A stretch of 64,000 nucleotides of DNA from Yuukianura sp. NJ FZ-2021 (Eukaryota): NCBI GenBank assembly GCA_046563655.1, contig CM102286.1, forward strand, positions 14,012,001 to 14,076,000. The letters are read 5' to 3'. Positions 37,940 to 52,319 of this stretch are shown here, one piece after another. Under the pieces are notes generated by a model. It made no database searches. It was not told the origin of the DNA and saw only the letters and a program-made list of their open reading frames with translations. The stretch's first letter is position 1; the number at the start of each line of letters is the position of its first letter. The translations under genes and the position numbers were made by a program.

Positions 37940-38377
37940 TTAAAACAAACCGCTTTGAGCCGCTTCCGTGATGCCCATGATGTCCAAGGCGATGCATCCC
38001 ACTTTATACACGTTCGTAATGGTCAAAAATCCGTCAGGTTGCTTAGATTGTCCGTCAACTTCATAAGTTTGTCGAAACGGCAAATTTTCGTTTTCAGTGG
38101 CATAGTAGCGTCCTTTTCGATTAGCAGAAGCTGAAGCTGACCTCTTGGTTAAAAAGAGTTTCGAGAGGTCATCCGGAAGTGTAAAAGTTTCATTTCCGAT
38201 GTGAATTACTCCTGAAATTGGCGGGAGAAACTGGTTCAAAATTCCCATCAAAAATTTAAGTTCCTGATTCCCTTTTCCAGAATTTTTCTTAGTCGATGGC
38301 ACTTTGGAGTCGATTGGCGGAAAAGTCACTAGCGCAAGCGCACTGCACAGAGTGGCCACCGCCGTTAACGAAACCAT
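37940..38377 (-). CDS. Orphan single-exon secreted protein (~145 aa)
   Basis: MVSLTAVATLCSALALVTF is signal-like. It is an intact ORF in AT-rich surroundings with dibasic KR/RK sites. Confidence 0.55.
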   Translation of the reverse strand: MVSLTAVATLCSALALVTFPPIDSKVPSTKKNSGKGNQELKFLMGILNQFLPPISGVIHIGNETFTLPDDLSKLFLTKRSASASANRKGRYYATENENLPFRQTYEVDGQSKQPDGFLTITNVYKVGCIALDIMGITEAAQSGLF

Positions 38378-39451
38378 TGTCAGTTTTAGTTCCAAAATAA
38401 CACTAAACTGATTTTTGGTTAAACATTTATACTAAAATGTTGTTGCGATAATTAAGTAACTTAAAACACTTGGTTATGCAACTTCAACTTAAATTTTCCC
38501 ACTTGGCCACTCTTCTAGAAACTTTTATGTAACAATGCAATCCATTTGTTTACAGGGACACATTGTACGTGAACCGCTGCGTTGCTGCTGTGTCATGCTC
38601 AAGCTTTAAAAATGCATATTTGTCACAAAAGTGAAATCTCAAGAGGTTCAGGAAGTGAGAAAAAGTCTATTCTTTTTTAAATTTAAACTTTTTTTTGAGT
38701 GAAAACTTTTTTAAATGCAAAGTGTTTAGTCGAGGGTAAAATTTTTGTCGGAGCGCCGTGAAACAATGATGGGATGATTGAGGAAATTGTCAATTTTGGA
38801 CAAATGACTCAATAGAGAATGCGGGAACTGCATGTCAATTTATGAAAAAAAAAAAAGAGCCCCGCCCTCCACGCTTCACTCACAAGTTTATTGAAAGATA
38901 AGAAAATAAGAAAATTATGAAATCATAACACAACAAAACAAAACAAAAAGTACAACCGAATACATTCGAAATTTTAGAAAAACAAACATTCTCTATGACT
39001 AAAGTTTCAAATTTTGATTTCAAAGCGAGATACAACCCTGTGCAAAACGATTTCAAAACACAAAAATAAAAATTATTAAAGAGGAATGACATTTAACAGC
39101 ATTTAAAGTTAAAACGACGAGATTGAAAACACGTTTTGGAAAACTTGGAAAAACTTTGATTTGGTGTATGATAAAATTTTGAATATGGTTTTTTTTGAAT
39201 TGTTCCCGGGGTTTGTTTCTGCTATTTAGTGACGAAACACTTTAAGATGATTGGCTACTCAACGACGGAGGGACAAGGTGCGGGAAACTTTAAAGTTTAC
39301 CCGTAAAATTGGTTTTTTTTTAAAACCCATTCTCTCAAAATTTTTGTAACAAGGAACATTTTTTGGTTAGAAATCAAATCCGAGTTTCTAACTTCGATCA
39401 CAGATTTGTTTTAAAAACACGAGGAACACGTAGACGAAGACGCCCGAGCCA

Positions 39452-42400
39452 TCAAGAGTGGCGCCCTCCGGCACCGTTTGCTTGAGAATTCATGACTCCT
39501 TGCCAGTGGCGCCGATTTTCACGAACGCCGTCTAACATTGGCTTCAATTTTGGAGATAATCTTGCAAACGCCTGCAAAAGTGAACAAACGAATTTTTTTT
39601 AAAAATATAAAACATTTGCCGCGCATTACTCAAGCTGACTTACATCATAGACTGGTTCGCAGATGGAGTCAATGAAGCCCACTTGCATTGTTGGAAGTTG
39701 ATCTTTCTTCTCTCGGTTCATCATGTCCTGGTAGCAGAGATTACATAATTACATGATTGGTAATTACATAATTACATGATTGGTAATTACATAATTACAT
39801 GATTGGTAATTACATAATTACATAACTTATTCCTACAAACTTATTCTTTTTTGAAACTTACAATTGGTGTGATATTCAATTCTGCTTTTTCGATATCCCC
39901 TTGCTCAAAAAATTCACTTGCTACAAGCTCCGCAACCTAAATATTAAAAATCACCAAACTTAAAAAAAAAATTCAACACAATTTTCAAAATCTCACACAC
40001 TCACTCGACGTTCGACTGTCCAAGGTTTTGTGATTGCCGCCAAATCACAAACGGTCATAAGCATTCCACGTAGCAATTCCCTGTGTTCCTCTTTGGTCCA
40101 ATTGTACGATTTATTTTCAACTAATTCCATAAAAGCTCCGCGGTTCCTAAAATTTATCATTCAAAAACAATTTTTAACACAAAAACCAAATTATTTCAAG
40201 AAAGTGATTGAATTTCAAGTTTTAAACCAAGTCAGATTGAAAACTTTAAAAATCCATCACAGTGCAAAAACCAAAAATCGTACAAAACCTTTGCCTTTGT
40301 GACTGGGTGCAAATGTCAAAGGTCAAATCCAAATGGCATCTCGATTGTGAAACACAACACAACTGAATGTGAAGGGTTTCAAAATGAGTCTATTCGGCTC
40401 AGAGTCATTTCACAAAGGTCAAAGGTTACACACAAAATTGGTTTTATGAATAAGCACTCCAGGATTTTCTGCGATCATCATTCACTGAACTTCTAATTTC
40501 AATATGCGACTTAGATTAGCATGTTTTTTAACTTACTTAAAATACACTGCGAGATCTGTTGCCAAAATGGCGTCTTCCAAAATTTTGACTACACGCGAAT
40601 ATTCATCTGGAGATAAATGGCTGAGAATCTGATTACCCTGAAAACCAAAACCAAAATTTCACAACTTTTCATTAAAATTTCATAATTTTTTGAAAACATA
40701 GAAATTTTCGCATCTGGTTTTGTGTACCTGTGTATTTAATATCATGAGGCTTTGGTCAAAATGATGTCGTTCCATTGTGGACGTTGAGTAGAGTTGTGCT
40801 AGAGCCGACGAAGCTCTACAAATTTCAAAAAAAAAAAAAAAACCAAATTAAATTTTTCTCATGAATGAACATTTTCATCCAAAAAAAAGATGTCAGAAAA
40901 AGTCTAATTCAATTTTCCCCAGCAAAGATGTTTACAAAACCAACTAAAAAGTTATGTACACCAAAAAAGTAAGCAAAAAGTATAACTAAAAAGTAAAAAG
41001 TACATAGAGTTGTTTACTTACTTAATTTGAAAAGAGTTGTTTGTACCCCTATGGTCCAGATCATGACAGAGACATGCAATCAAGAGACCGAGACATTCCA
41101 TGTCACCCAGGATCTGCCACCACTTTGTCTTCTATTCATTCATTAAATGACTTCATTTATTCAATTCCTACATCAACTTTTCACTTTTGCAACGAATTTG
41201 AAAAGAGCAGCGATTCAGCGTTCAGCGATTCATGTATGGGTTACCGTCAAAATGGCGAACATCATTTGAGCGACGTTGAAAGCATGACGCCAGTTGTGAT
41301 AAATCACCTTCCGATAGTTTTTCTTCACCGACAAAAGCCAGCGACAGAGCACGTCATATTCAATTTGAAACCGTTTCACCAAATCCAAGTCCAGAAACAT
41401 GCGGAGACAAGCCTGAAAGTTTCAAAAACCAAAAACTTTTCAAAATTTGAAATCTTGAAACAATTCCCTCCGAAATTGTCAAAAAAAGGTTATCCGTCAA
41501 CGTCACCTTGAATGTGTCTTCATCTGACATTTGATCATCATCAAAGTCAAAGGAATGGAGACGGAAGTGTTGAGAAGATGGAATTGTACTGGTCTAAAAA
41601 ATGGTTTCAAAAAATAAAACAAAATGAAATTCAGTATTTTTTTGAAAACTATTTTCAGAATTGTTCAAATATTAAAAAAGCAAAAGCATTACACAAAGAG
41701 ACTCGGCTTCTTCTGCTGGTGCTGTGGCGTGGTAACTCAGAACTTCTAGTGTCACCCTTTGCTTAGCCATGGCAGTGATTGCTTTCTCGTACCTAAACCA
41801 ATAGTTAATCAATTAGTTTCAATGACTTTTCAAAATTAAAATTTTCAAAAAAAAAAATTTACAAAATTTTGTATTTTCATTTCACAACTAACATTCGAGT
41901 GTTGTGGATTCCCATTCCGCAAAAAATTGTAAACGCTTCCACAAAACTTTCGTCGCTCGTAGCAAACGGAGACTTGTCCAACTTGTTAATCAACTATACA
42001 AAAATCAATTAGTTAACTCAATTAATTTTAATTCATATAAATAATTATAATTCATATATTATAATATATAAATTTTCTCCCTACCTGGATCACTCCGATG
42101 ACATGCGCATCGGCATTCTTGATCGGCATGCACAGAATGTCTTCATGCTTAAAATCCGAGTCCTGATCAACCTGTGGATCGAACCTCGAATCCTCGTATA
42201 CGTTCGTAATATTGAGCATCTACCATTCAAAATTCAAAATTTCAGCACTCTTTTTGAAAAATTTCGGGAAAATTCAAACTTTCCCGGTTTCATTTTAATT
42301 TTGATGAAAAGTTTGCTTACTTCGCCAGTGGTGGCTACGTAGCCAGTAATACCAATGTTAATAGGAAATCTGCCTTCAAAGGGACTCGACCGAGAGTCAG

Positions 42401-45400
42401 AGTCTTTTCCTTCAAGATCTTTTGCCTCCAGGTCAAACACACGAGAGAAAGTTCCACCCTTGGAAGCTTCGTGGACTAGAAGGATCTACCAAAAAACAAG
42501 GACGGAGGCACGAATCAAATTAACTTTTCAAAAAAAAATTCAATTTCAAATCCAAACAAAAATAGCTAATTCAATTTTTTTTAATTTTTAAACTCTCGTT
42601 TATGAGAAAAGCCTAGGGTAAGGTTAAAGTTATGTTATTATGTTAGGTTAAGATTATTTTTGATTAGGTTATGTTTACCTGTGCCCTTTGACATTGCATT
42701 AGAGAGAGCGTGTGAGTTAGGATTCTGCAAACCATGTGCTCAATCGTTGACTGTTCTTCGAAAATCATTCGAGCCAAATCCAGCAAAACCTAAATAAAAC
42801 ACAAAATTAAAAAAAAACGAACCAAACACAAAATTTTCCCAGAATTTTTTTTGACTTCTTTTCGGTTTTTTCCACCTTAACAGGAACTACCCGGGTAAAT
42901 TGGAGTCTCATTTGACGTCATTCCATGTCAAAAAATGATTCATGCTGGTTGAGTTCTTTTTTGACAGCAATTATGCTAATAGTCCCTGCGTAGCAACTTC
43001 CTTTTTCTCAGAACCTAACCTCAACTTTCTCCAACATGCAATTTCCCAAAGTTCTCAAGAATGATAGAATTCTAGACAATTCAATACCAGTCTTAATGTT
43101 AGGTTAACCTAACTATAACCTAAAAAAGTTAGGGTTAGCCTAACTTATTGCTTTCTCTTTAGTGAAAGTAAAAATACCTTCCGTATCAATAACCCTGCGT
43201 CTCATTTTTACAAGACAAAGCAAAAATTCAGTCAAGCGGAGAAAGTTCACACAGAAAAAACGCCATTCTAATCCACCTCTCTGCTTCATTGACTTTCTCA
43301 TCGTCCAATTTCTAAACATAAATGTACCTCTTTTCTCAAAAACCAATTTTGAAAAATCTTTTTAAAAAAAAATCAAATTTTGTACTTTTTTTGTAAAGTT
43401 ACCTGCGTTCTCTTCACTTCAAGACGACTATGTTGATAGAGATTGGCATTGCCGATACCGATTCCACAAAATTGCAAGTAGTTTGAAAAGACTCTTTCAT
43501 CTTTCGTAGTAAAAGAAGCTCCGTCACGCTTGTTGATCACCTACGGGCGCCCAAACCAAAATTTACAAAAACACCATCAAACAAGATTAAAAACAACAAA
43601 GTTTAAGGGAAAGGAGGAGCGGGAGGCTTTGAATTTCATGAAACTTTGTTCGAAATGGGAGAAAGTTCTCTCTTTTCAAAGTTAAGAAAAAAAAACACTT
43701 TCTTTCAAAGTTTTCAACTTTCTTTTCAGAGGACTCTGTCAAAAGAGTCAGGCTTAGCGAATAATATTCTCTTCTGCCACTCACTTTCACTTTGAAAAAA
43801 CTCTTTTCCAAATTTTTTTTAGAATTTTGAAATTCCTCTCAGGGATAAACCTGAGTCCTTCACCTGACAGATTCTCAAGAAAAAGTAGAAAAGTAACTCT
43901 GTTTTTGGGTAACATAGGCTAAGATATGCGCATAATTAGACCAAACAGCACATCCGAAGTACTGGCAGTACTTTTCAACTAAAGTGAATCCAGACTCCAA
44001 AGGAATTCTGGAAGCTCTTTAAGTCCTTCTGGATTCAACTGACGCTGACGCTGAAAAAGTATCGCTGAAAAGCTCAGCTGACTTAAGCTTCGTAAAAACC
44101 TTACATATTTGATGATGAAACTTTGTGCTACAATATGGAAAAATTACGCCGGCTGTGTGAGTGCCTCAAAATTTCGAAAATGTAAATTTTGAAAACATGA
44201 AATTTTGAAAATCTTACTTGAGCTACTCCAAGTACATCTCCCTCCTTCCCTTTGATGGCCATACACAAAAGTGACTTGGTTCGGTAGCCCGTTTTTGCAT
44301 CAATGTCCTGATTGAATCTCTCATCCTAGAAACAAAAACAAACAAAACGTTTTCTTCCCGCCTTTTTTCAAAAACTTTCAAAACTTTCTCATCTTCTTTC
44401 CTAAATGAAACTTTCACGTCTGTTATCACATTTTCAATTCTTCTCGTGATTTCAATCCTCGATTGCTTTTTTCTTCTTTTTAGACAAAGAAAACCACCAA
44501 AACACAATCGAAATCTCATCGCTCCAGGCGTTTTCACCGAGAAAGTGCAAAACTGTGTTTGGTTTCAACACTGTTGGATCCGGATAAACTTGGAATTGAG
44601 TTCAATATAACTCCAGTTCCAAGTCAATCATTTTTGTATAGTAACAGACAAGAAATCGAAGTTTCCTAGTAATTAAGTAATCGATTTACCTGGTAGGCAT
44701 CAGGAATGTTCACAGTCTGGCCACTTTCAGCAACGAATCCAACTATTCCTGATCCCCATGGAATCCTTATGTCTTCCTTCGTTTCCATGTCTGCCAAGGT
44801 ACTCTGAGAATTCACATCGAACAGCGTCGAGACAAGGCAGTGAGTTGGAGTTCCTTTTTTACCCTGGAGATTAATAACCATCATCTTTCACTTTTTTGGA
44901 AAAACAGAATTTTTGAAAAAACAGAATTCCAGAAATATTCATGAGGGTTATAACCCCAATCTACCATATTTCGAAAAGAAAGTTAGCCTAATTGAATTCA
45001 AACCAACCTGAACTAGAAAGAGTGAAGCTCGATCAGCGGAAGTGAGAACGCCGACATGTTGCAAAATTTTGTGTGCCAACGTCCTGATGTCCAGTTCATC
45101 ACAAATGTCTTTTGCCAATTCAAACAGAAGCTCCTTCTCGTCTAGCGACTGTTGATGACAAAAAAGAAATTGCAAAATCATAAAAGATTTTTTAAAAATT
45201 GCACAAAAATTCATAACATCACGCTGCTTGTTCTGAAGCGCTCAAACCAAACAGAGGATTTTAAAGCGTCAAATTTTAAAAAAATTTTGGAGTGAATTAC
45301 AGCCCAATTTTAAGGTTAATCTGCATCCAGCACCATTTTAAACAAAATCCAGCACATAAAAATTGGACTTTTGAAGGCACTAAATAATAAAAGTGAGAAG

Positions 45401-46550
45401 CTTCCTCTAAAAAATGAGCTTAAATCTCCCCCAGGGAGAAAACGGCTTAGGCTTTATAGGACTTTTCGGAGAACCCGCAATAAAAAAAAAAGTATTTCGC
45501 ACTTTGTACATATAAAACCTTAAGGTTAGCCTAACGTAAACCTCAAAAGCACAAAACACAAAGACGTTCCAGCTCCAGCGATTCCAGCGGGAGAGCAAAG
45601 TGAAATCGCTTCACTACGTGGGATAATGTGACCCAAAAATTACGACAAGCAGCAGCAGCATCGGTTTGACACTGGCCATAAAAAAGGCGGGAAAAACTAA
45701 AAACCAAATAAAATCAATCAGGTTTACTTGCAGTTCTTCCTTGGATTTTCTATAAGTGAGTCCAAAGCAATCTGAGGAAATGGGCGGAGTCAAAAATGTT
45801 GGCGTTCCATCAATTGTCGTCACCATCGGTCGCACGAGTCCACCACGCTCAAACTCCTGCGCAGATATTTTCCTGACCGGAGTTGTTGACCCTGAAGCCA
45901 CACTGGATTTACTTGACGAGCCCTTAAAACAGAAAAAAAAAATTAAGTAAACAAAAACAATTTTTCCAAAAACCAAAAAACAAATAAGAAAAAATCTACC
46001 AAAGTTTGGAAAGCGTTAAAAATGGAGGAGTTTGTTTTCTTTTCTCATTTGATGTTTTTGTTTGTTCAAAATGTTAGAGTTGTAAACCGAACTTATTAAA
46101 GTTAGTGACACGAACATACCGTGGGGAGTTCTGCAGAGGTCATGCGGACTACAGCAGTTGAGCCAGTGGTGCCAGTTGAGGTTACAAATACTCCTGGTCC
46201 TGCTCCATATCCCAGTGACCCCGCAACGTTTGGTGGTTGACTCACAGCATGAGCAATTAACCACGAGTCAATTAACGATCTCGAACCCTTTCTATAACAC
46301 AAATGTAGGTCACGAACAAAAGAGAAAGTCACTTTTTTAGTCTCTTCGTGCTCACAAAATACAAAAATAGAAATTGTAAAAAACAACATTTCTTTCTTTT
46401 TGAAATCAATTACCAATTACTTTCTATTGTTAAGTGTCCTTACCTAATAAAATAATCATTGGCGAAACCTTGATGCTCATCCAACCAAGCTTCAATTGCT
46501 GCTGAATGTGCATCGTAACTGGAATCTTTTCCGCTGTCTATCACGTCCAT
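39452..46550 (-). CDS. Pde11: Dual GAF-domain cyclic nucleotide phosphodiesterase (PDE11-like)
   Basis: [13 protein letters not shown], two GAF domains (INK..F...DE) and catalytic [45 protein letters not shown]. About 20 exons; non-coding 5' exon(s) probably lie near 51.9 kb. Confidence 0.9.
39740..39824. repeat. Intronic 23-bp tandem repeat x3.7
   Basis: ATTACATAATTACATGATTGGTA is repeated exactly, next to a PDE11 acceptor. Confidence 0.92.
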
Positions 46551-46634
46551 TTTCCTTAGCGGTTCCCCTGTTAAAACAACAACAAATTTCAACACAAATC
46601 GCTATTTAATTTGACCTTTCCAAAAAAAAAGAGA

Positions 46635-46910
46635 AAGTTGTCTAAAAAGTGTAAAAGTGTCTAAAAATGTGTAAAAACTGTCGAAAAAGTGACTAAGCTT
46701 CAAGTATCTAAAAACAATAAGTGTCTGAAAATGGCTAAAATACTGTAGAAAAAGAATTTAAAAGTGTCTGAAAACAAAAAGTGTCTAAAAGTATCTAAAA
46801 ATAAAATGTCTAAAAGTATTTACAAACAAAATGTGTCGAAAAGTGTTTAAGAATGAACAGTATCTAAAAGTATCTAAAAGTGTCAAAAAACAAAAAGTAT
46901 CAAAAATCTA
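46635..46910. repeat. Degenerate AAGT(G/A)TCTAAAA short-period repeat
   Basis: More than ten imperfect copies of AAGTGTCTAAAA/AAGTATCTAAAA. Confidence 0.7.
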
Positions 46911-49900
46911 AAGCTACAAGTTCAGCATCACATTTTGCTCAATTCGGCACCAAACTACCTACTTTTTATCCAAAAATTTTTTTACACCAAAAAGCGTTTA
47001 CACTTTCAACGCCGACTTGCAATCTCCCTTCCTGTTTCCTCTTCCTCAACTGATCGCTGACAACTAGCTTTTGCTTTCTCCACTTCAAACTTTCACTCCT
47101 TTAAAAAAAACGTGGGAACCTTATCCGGTGAGCTGAGAATGATGACTGACTGATTTCCGCCAACAGTCCTTCACTTTTATGATCATCATGTGTAGACCAG
47201 GTTCCAAAGTTCTCCAGAGAAAGTACAACAAAAAGAGCTCCAAACCCAAGAAACCTTGGAATCAGTAAGACGATACACCTCAACTAAGCAACAACATGAG
47301 CACTGGAGCTCCAGCGATCCTTCCAGCCTCCTTTTATACCTTCCACGAAAAATGAGTCTGCAGGTTCAGCATAACCAGCTAAAGTGTCGCCCATGGCTAC
47401 GACAAAGGTCGCTCTACGTCCAAAATTAAGTATCATCCGAAAAATGAAGTTCAACCTACGCTTCCTCTCCTCTCTTCAACAAAATTTGGTCCAACCAAGG
47501 TTTGTTCACTTTGATTTTCTTTAACAGGTTGAGTAATACCACAACTTTTCGTTGCAAAAAAGAAAAAAAAAGTGTCTTTCATTTCCGGTTATCATCCTAG
47601 TTATAGCAATACAGCCGAATTGTTTAAATTTTACATACCAATTACTCCAATGTTTTTTTTTCATTTTTTGTCAACAAGCCAGGTAGTACTCAACCTGTTA
47701 AAGAAAACTCATTTTTCGTTGCCAAGAAACCTTGGGTCCAATTTTAGCCTATACCATGTCTCCACAATCCCTTCCATTGTTAGTCCAATTCAATTTGGTT
47801 AGGTTAAGAACCTAACTTGAACAAAATGTTAGGCTAGGAACCTAATCTCAACAAAATGTTAGGCTAACCAGCCTAACTTTCATGTCTGATGTCCCATTAG
47901 CTTATTAGTGTTGCTGCAACAGTAAGTCCAAAGTCCAATTTCCAGAATCAAATTATGGGTTCAGCGGAAATGGAAAAGGAAAGTCTTGTCCAGAACTTGT
48001 AACAAGGAGCGTCTTTATCCAACTTCTTTTCAAATAATCACCCACATGCTAAGGACAAGTTCACTACAAAAGAACACGGGAACAATAAGTATTCCAGCAT
48101 CCAGTATCCAGCATCCGGAAGGATTCAGGAGAAAGTATTCCTTGGACATACCGGAATCCAATTACCGGAGATCCAGAACTGAATTTAGAGAGGATCAAGG
48201 TATTATCATATCCAGTTCCATTTCGAATTTTCCCATGCAATCACACTATAATACTTGAAAAGTAAACGGAATTACACATCTCCAATTTCATTAGTTTACA
48301 AGTTGTGTGTACTAATGAAATTGGATACCATTTGTACTTCCGTCGGTAGTTACACAAACCTATCCAAACTTTTAACTTCATGAACAAACAACTTTTCTCG
48401 ATTTCAAAAATTAAAAAAAAAACTCAATTTCCAAACACGTTCGACTTTCTCTAGCCAAACACAAGAGTGAAACAAGAATTAAAAAAAAAAGTTTGAATAT
48501 TCAGGACACAGTTGGAATTGAATAAATTACGATGAAGTGGGTTAGAATTTTTTGAAATTTTGAAAATCGCTTCTACTTTCGCTGATTCAGCGTCGAAGTT
48601 GTGACTCTCGAGATATAATTAGTACGTCCAAGGTCTAAAAGCTTGCAAAATGTTTGAACAGAGTGGCTGGAGAGTGACCAACATTTTGAGAGAAGCGTCA
48701 AGCGATGCGAAGACGCTTAAGCATCCATCACTTAAAAGCCCAAAATAGCTTCTTCGCCTCTGAGAATCTTAGAGAAGCCGTTTCTCAAATCGTATTTGCC
48801 AAGTTTTTGATGACTTTGCGAGTCGGCCGAATCGAAAAGTTGGACTTAAAAGCTAAAGCGTCCAAATGGAACTTTCTGTCAAACTTTGTATTTGTCTCCA
48901 CAGTGCGTAAATGGTCCACTTTTAGTCCAACTATCCTCATTCATTACTTTCTTATTGACAAAACCAAACAAACTTTGAAGAAAACTGTGAAAATGAAAAG
49001 AAACCGTGAAATTAGTACCGAGTGAAACCTGAGTAAGTTTTTCACAACAACTAAATTGGATTTTGTAATGGAACTAAACACCAATACACAACTTTTCTTT
49101 GGCAAAACAAGATTTTCGTTGATAAAACTAGACTCAAGACTATCACAAAACAAACTAAAATTTGACAATTGCGAATCCAAAATTGACAAATTACGACAGC
49201 ATGAATTACTCAACTTTTTGTTCATAGAGAAAACATTCAGCTTGGTTTTCCAGGGTTGCAAAAAGGCTATTTTCGTCACTTCGGAAAAACTTTGTCAATA
49301 AAATTAATATCTAGCTGCTCTTTCGTAATAACGAAAATTCTTAAGCAATCTTTCAATATCAACCCTAAAAAAGAGAAAAAGAAAAGAAAAAAAAAGTAGA
49401 AAATATTTATAAATTCGGACAATAGAGTGCCTAAAAATTCTATTCTTTTCGTAAACCTGAATTTAATAAAATAATTTAGTGAAAAGAAACGCTTCAATAA
49501 AAAAAAAAGACAATGAAAATTCCAGAACATAAAAAATATATTAAAAATTACTTAATTTTTTGTTATTGGAATACTTGACGACAACGTATTTGTCAAATTT
49601 CGTACTTCGGCGTGTTCAACACGAATCCGACAGCGAATCAATCAAGAACGAAAGTATAATCTGCTGAATTTTTTATAATTTCAGTTCGCGAAGTGTTTCT
49701 TTTTTCAAAATAGAAACTGGGGAAAGATGAGACAAGAGTCGTAGTTCAACATGAATTTTTTAAAACAAAATCTCACTTCGAAAAAAGCAAAAACTTGAAA
49801 ACTTTATTGAAATTTATTTTCAGTCTGTCGCATGATATTAGAGTGGTCCACTCTCTGATCCCTAACAAAAAATTCAAATTCAAAACTAAATTCGCACAGA

Positions 49901-50134
49901 GCGAAAATCGAAATCCAAAGTATATCGAAATGGACATTTCTAGCAAAACTTTTTTTTGGTACTTTCTCCAAAGTACATACAGGGATCTAACATTTGAAAA
50001 TTCTGAAATTTCCACAACATGGTATGAATAAAAGCAGGTCTTTTCTCTCTCCCAAATTAGATTCAGTGGCACGACACATGGTTTTCACTAGAACTTCTGT
50101 CACTGATTCCAAGGAACGAAGTTTAGGTACAGAA

Positions 50135-50484
50135 TACCGTAAAATTTCTAATATAGCCCCGACCTCCTATGTCAAAGCGATTGTAAGGTTCAGCCTTCAC
50201 ATGGGTTGAGACACAAAGAATGACAGTGTAGAAAAAATAAATAACCAAGTGAGACTCGAACCTACATCTCTTCAATCCGGGAGAGGCTCTAACCATTGAT
50301 TCATCAGGTTCTGATCAAACAGGTTGGAATCGGAAGGCTACTAACAAAAAGACACAGTTTTGGCAGTGAGACTGTTGCCAAACGCCACAGGATCGTAAAA
50401 AAGGTAGTACCCAACCCGTTAAAGAAAATTAATTTTTCGTTGTCAAGGAACCTTGCCCGGGCTGCTACTAGGAGTTTTACGGTA
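50135..50484. mobile_element. Non-autonomous Tc1/mariner-superfamily (Tc2/pogo-like) element with nested tRNA-like sequence
   Basis: Left end TACCGTAAAATTTCTAATATAGCCCCG. Right end reverse complement TACCGTAAAACTCCTAGTAGCAGCCCG. TA flanks. Confidence 0.65.
50243..50310 (-). pseudogene. tRNA-derived sequence (SINE head or pseudo-tRNA)
   Basis: The minus strand has A-box-like TCAATGGTTAGAG and B-box GGTTCGAGTC with AACC/GGTT ends, but no clean cloverleaf. Confidence 0.5.
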
Positions 50485-52319
50485 TCATCTTCGAAGTAAA
50501 GTGTTTTGAAAAAAGAAAGAAAAAAAGTAGGATTCAAAATTCCAAAACAGTGATCTTCCATTTCCTCCATTTGCTTTTACTTTACTCTCAAAAAATAAAA
50601 AGAAAATCCAGAAACTTTGTTCTTTTTGCATTGGGAAATTGGAATTTAAAGAGAAAGAAAATATAAATCAAATATTCTACATATCATCTCACTTCAGTTC
50701 AAAAAATTTCTTTCAAGTTTCAAGATCCAGTCCAATTTTCCAAAAAAAAAAAGTTCAAGGGAATGCTGATTCCGGCGAAAGAAAAAAGCGGGAACTTTTT
50801 TTTTTGAAAAAGCGTGCTGAAAGCTTTCGGAAACTTGAACTCAACGTGACTCACATTTCACAAAGGAATCATTTTACATCGTCACTGCTCCTAGACTTGC
50901 CGTTTTTCAAAATTTCAAAAAAAAAAAAAATCAAAATGAGTCCAAAAGGATAACAGGAAGTTGTCTTTGATCTTTCAAAAAAAAAATTCTTCGCTCAGCA
51001 ACAAACGGAAAATTTGACTGGTGTCAAACTTTACACTTTTGTTCAGAAAAAAAAAATTAAAAATCACTTCCACCTTTCAAAATTCGATGAAAAATGATTG
51101 TCTTTTTTTTTCAGAATTTCTTCAATTTTGCTTCCATTCTCTTGCCTTTTTTCCTCGTTTTTTTTTTTGAAAAATAAAACTTTCAATGTAAAAATTTACA
51201 AAAGGAAAACTAAACTGACTATTAAACAGAGATTGTAAAACCAATTACAACCTACACAGTATACTCCTTTTCATGTCATGCTGTTGATGTTCTTGTTAAT
51301 TTGTATTTTTTTTTTTATGTAAAAACTATTTTTAGCACAACCGTCATGCTCGTTTAGCACAACCACAAAAAACTGTAAACCGGCAGAGTAAAAACCGAAA
51401 AATAAGTTTTCTTCACGAATCCAAGCCTGTCTAAAAACTGACACGAAACTTTCATATCTTCCCTCAAAAAATCTTTTTCTAAGGAAGAACTTGAGAGATT
51501 GACTGAATATTGAATTTTTCAATAAAGTTTTTTCATATTTTTAACTTTTTTTTTACTTTCACTTTTTCCTCGTCTTTTTTTGGCAGGAGATACACAAACT
51601 TTCCACTTTCATCTTAGTACCGCCAATTTCCAAAAAAAAAAGTATAATAGAACGAAGTACAACCTTCGTAGACAAAATGGCGTCAATTTTTGAACTAAAA
51701 AATTTGTTGACAGTATCTGCCGTTATGCGGTGCCAAAAAACTAAAAGTTGAAACAACTTTAAGCCTTTCGCGCCCTAGCGGTTACACACTTTTAATCAAG
51801 AAGGTGGAGGAAGTAAACAATCGATACAAAAAGAACATTCCCGAGGAGCATCTCGACACGCACTCAAAATGATGGAATGATCTTACGTGGTGTGAATGGA
51901 ACGTGACCAAGGTGACATACTAAAAGTCTTACCGTCGTCGTCGTCATTCCCACACAAACAGGGTCGTTTTAATCAAAAACTTTCTCAACACTAACGCACG
52001 ACTTGTAGTGAGGTCGGTGAAAGGTGAACGTACAGACAGACACACTCCTGGAACTTCACCTTAGTAAACACGCCGTACAACGGAAGTTGTGAAAACAATG
52101 ATGTTGAGACAAAAATACCCTCAACAGGTTAATTAATTAAGGTGTAGCCAATTAATAATCGCCAGAAAACGTACTTTTGGAGCTTATAGCCCGATAAATA
52201 GGGTAATTTCACGCTCACACTTTGTTTACGCTTCGCAATCTCTCTATGAAACTGAAACTTCACCGACGTGAAGAGACGAAATTTGTAAGATACTGACAGA
52301 CTATGCTGACTAATGCTGA

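Noticed and set aside
35959..39824. Regular repeats superficially like CRISPR arrays
   Set aside because: They have no unique spacers and no cas genes; they are eukaryotic intronic minisatellites.
47000..51800. Many 60-110 aa ORFs upstream of the PDE11 coding region
   Set aside because: They are F/K/L/I-rich translations of AT-rich intron sequence with non-ATG starts and no motifs.
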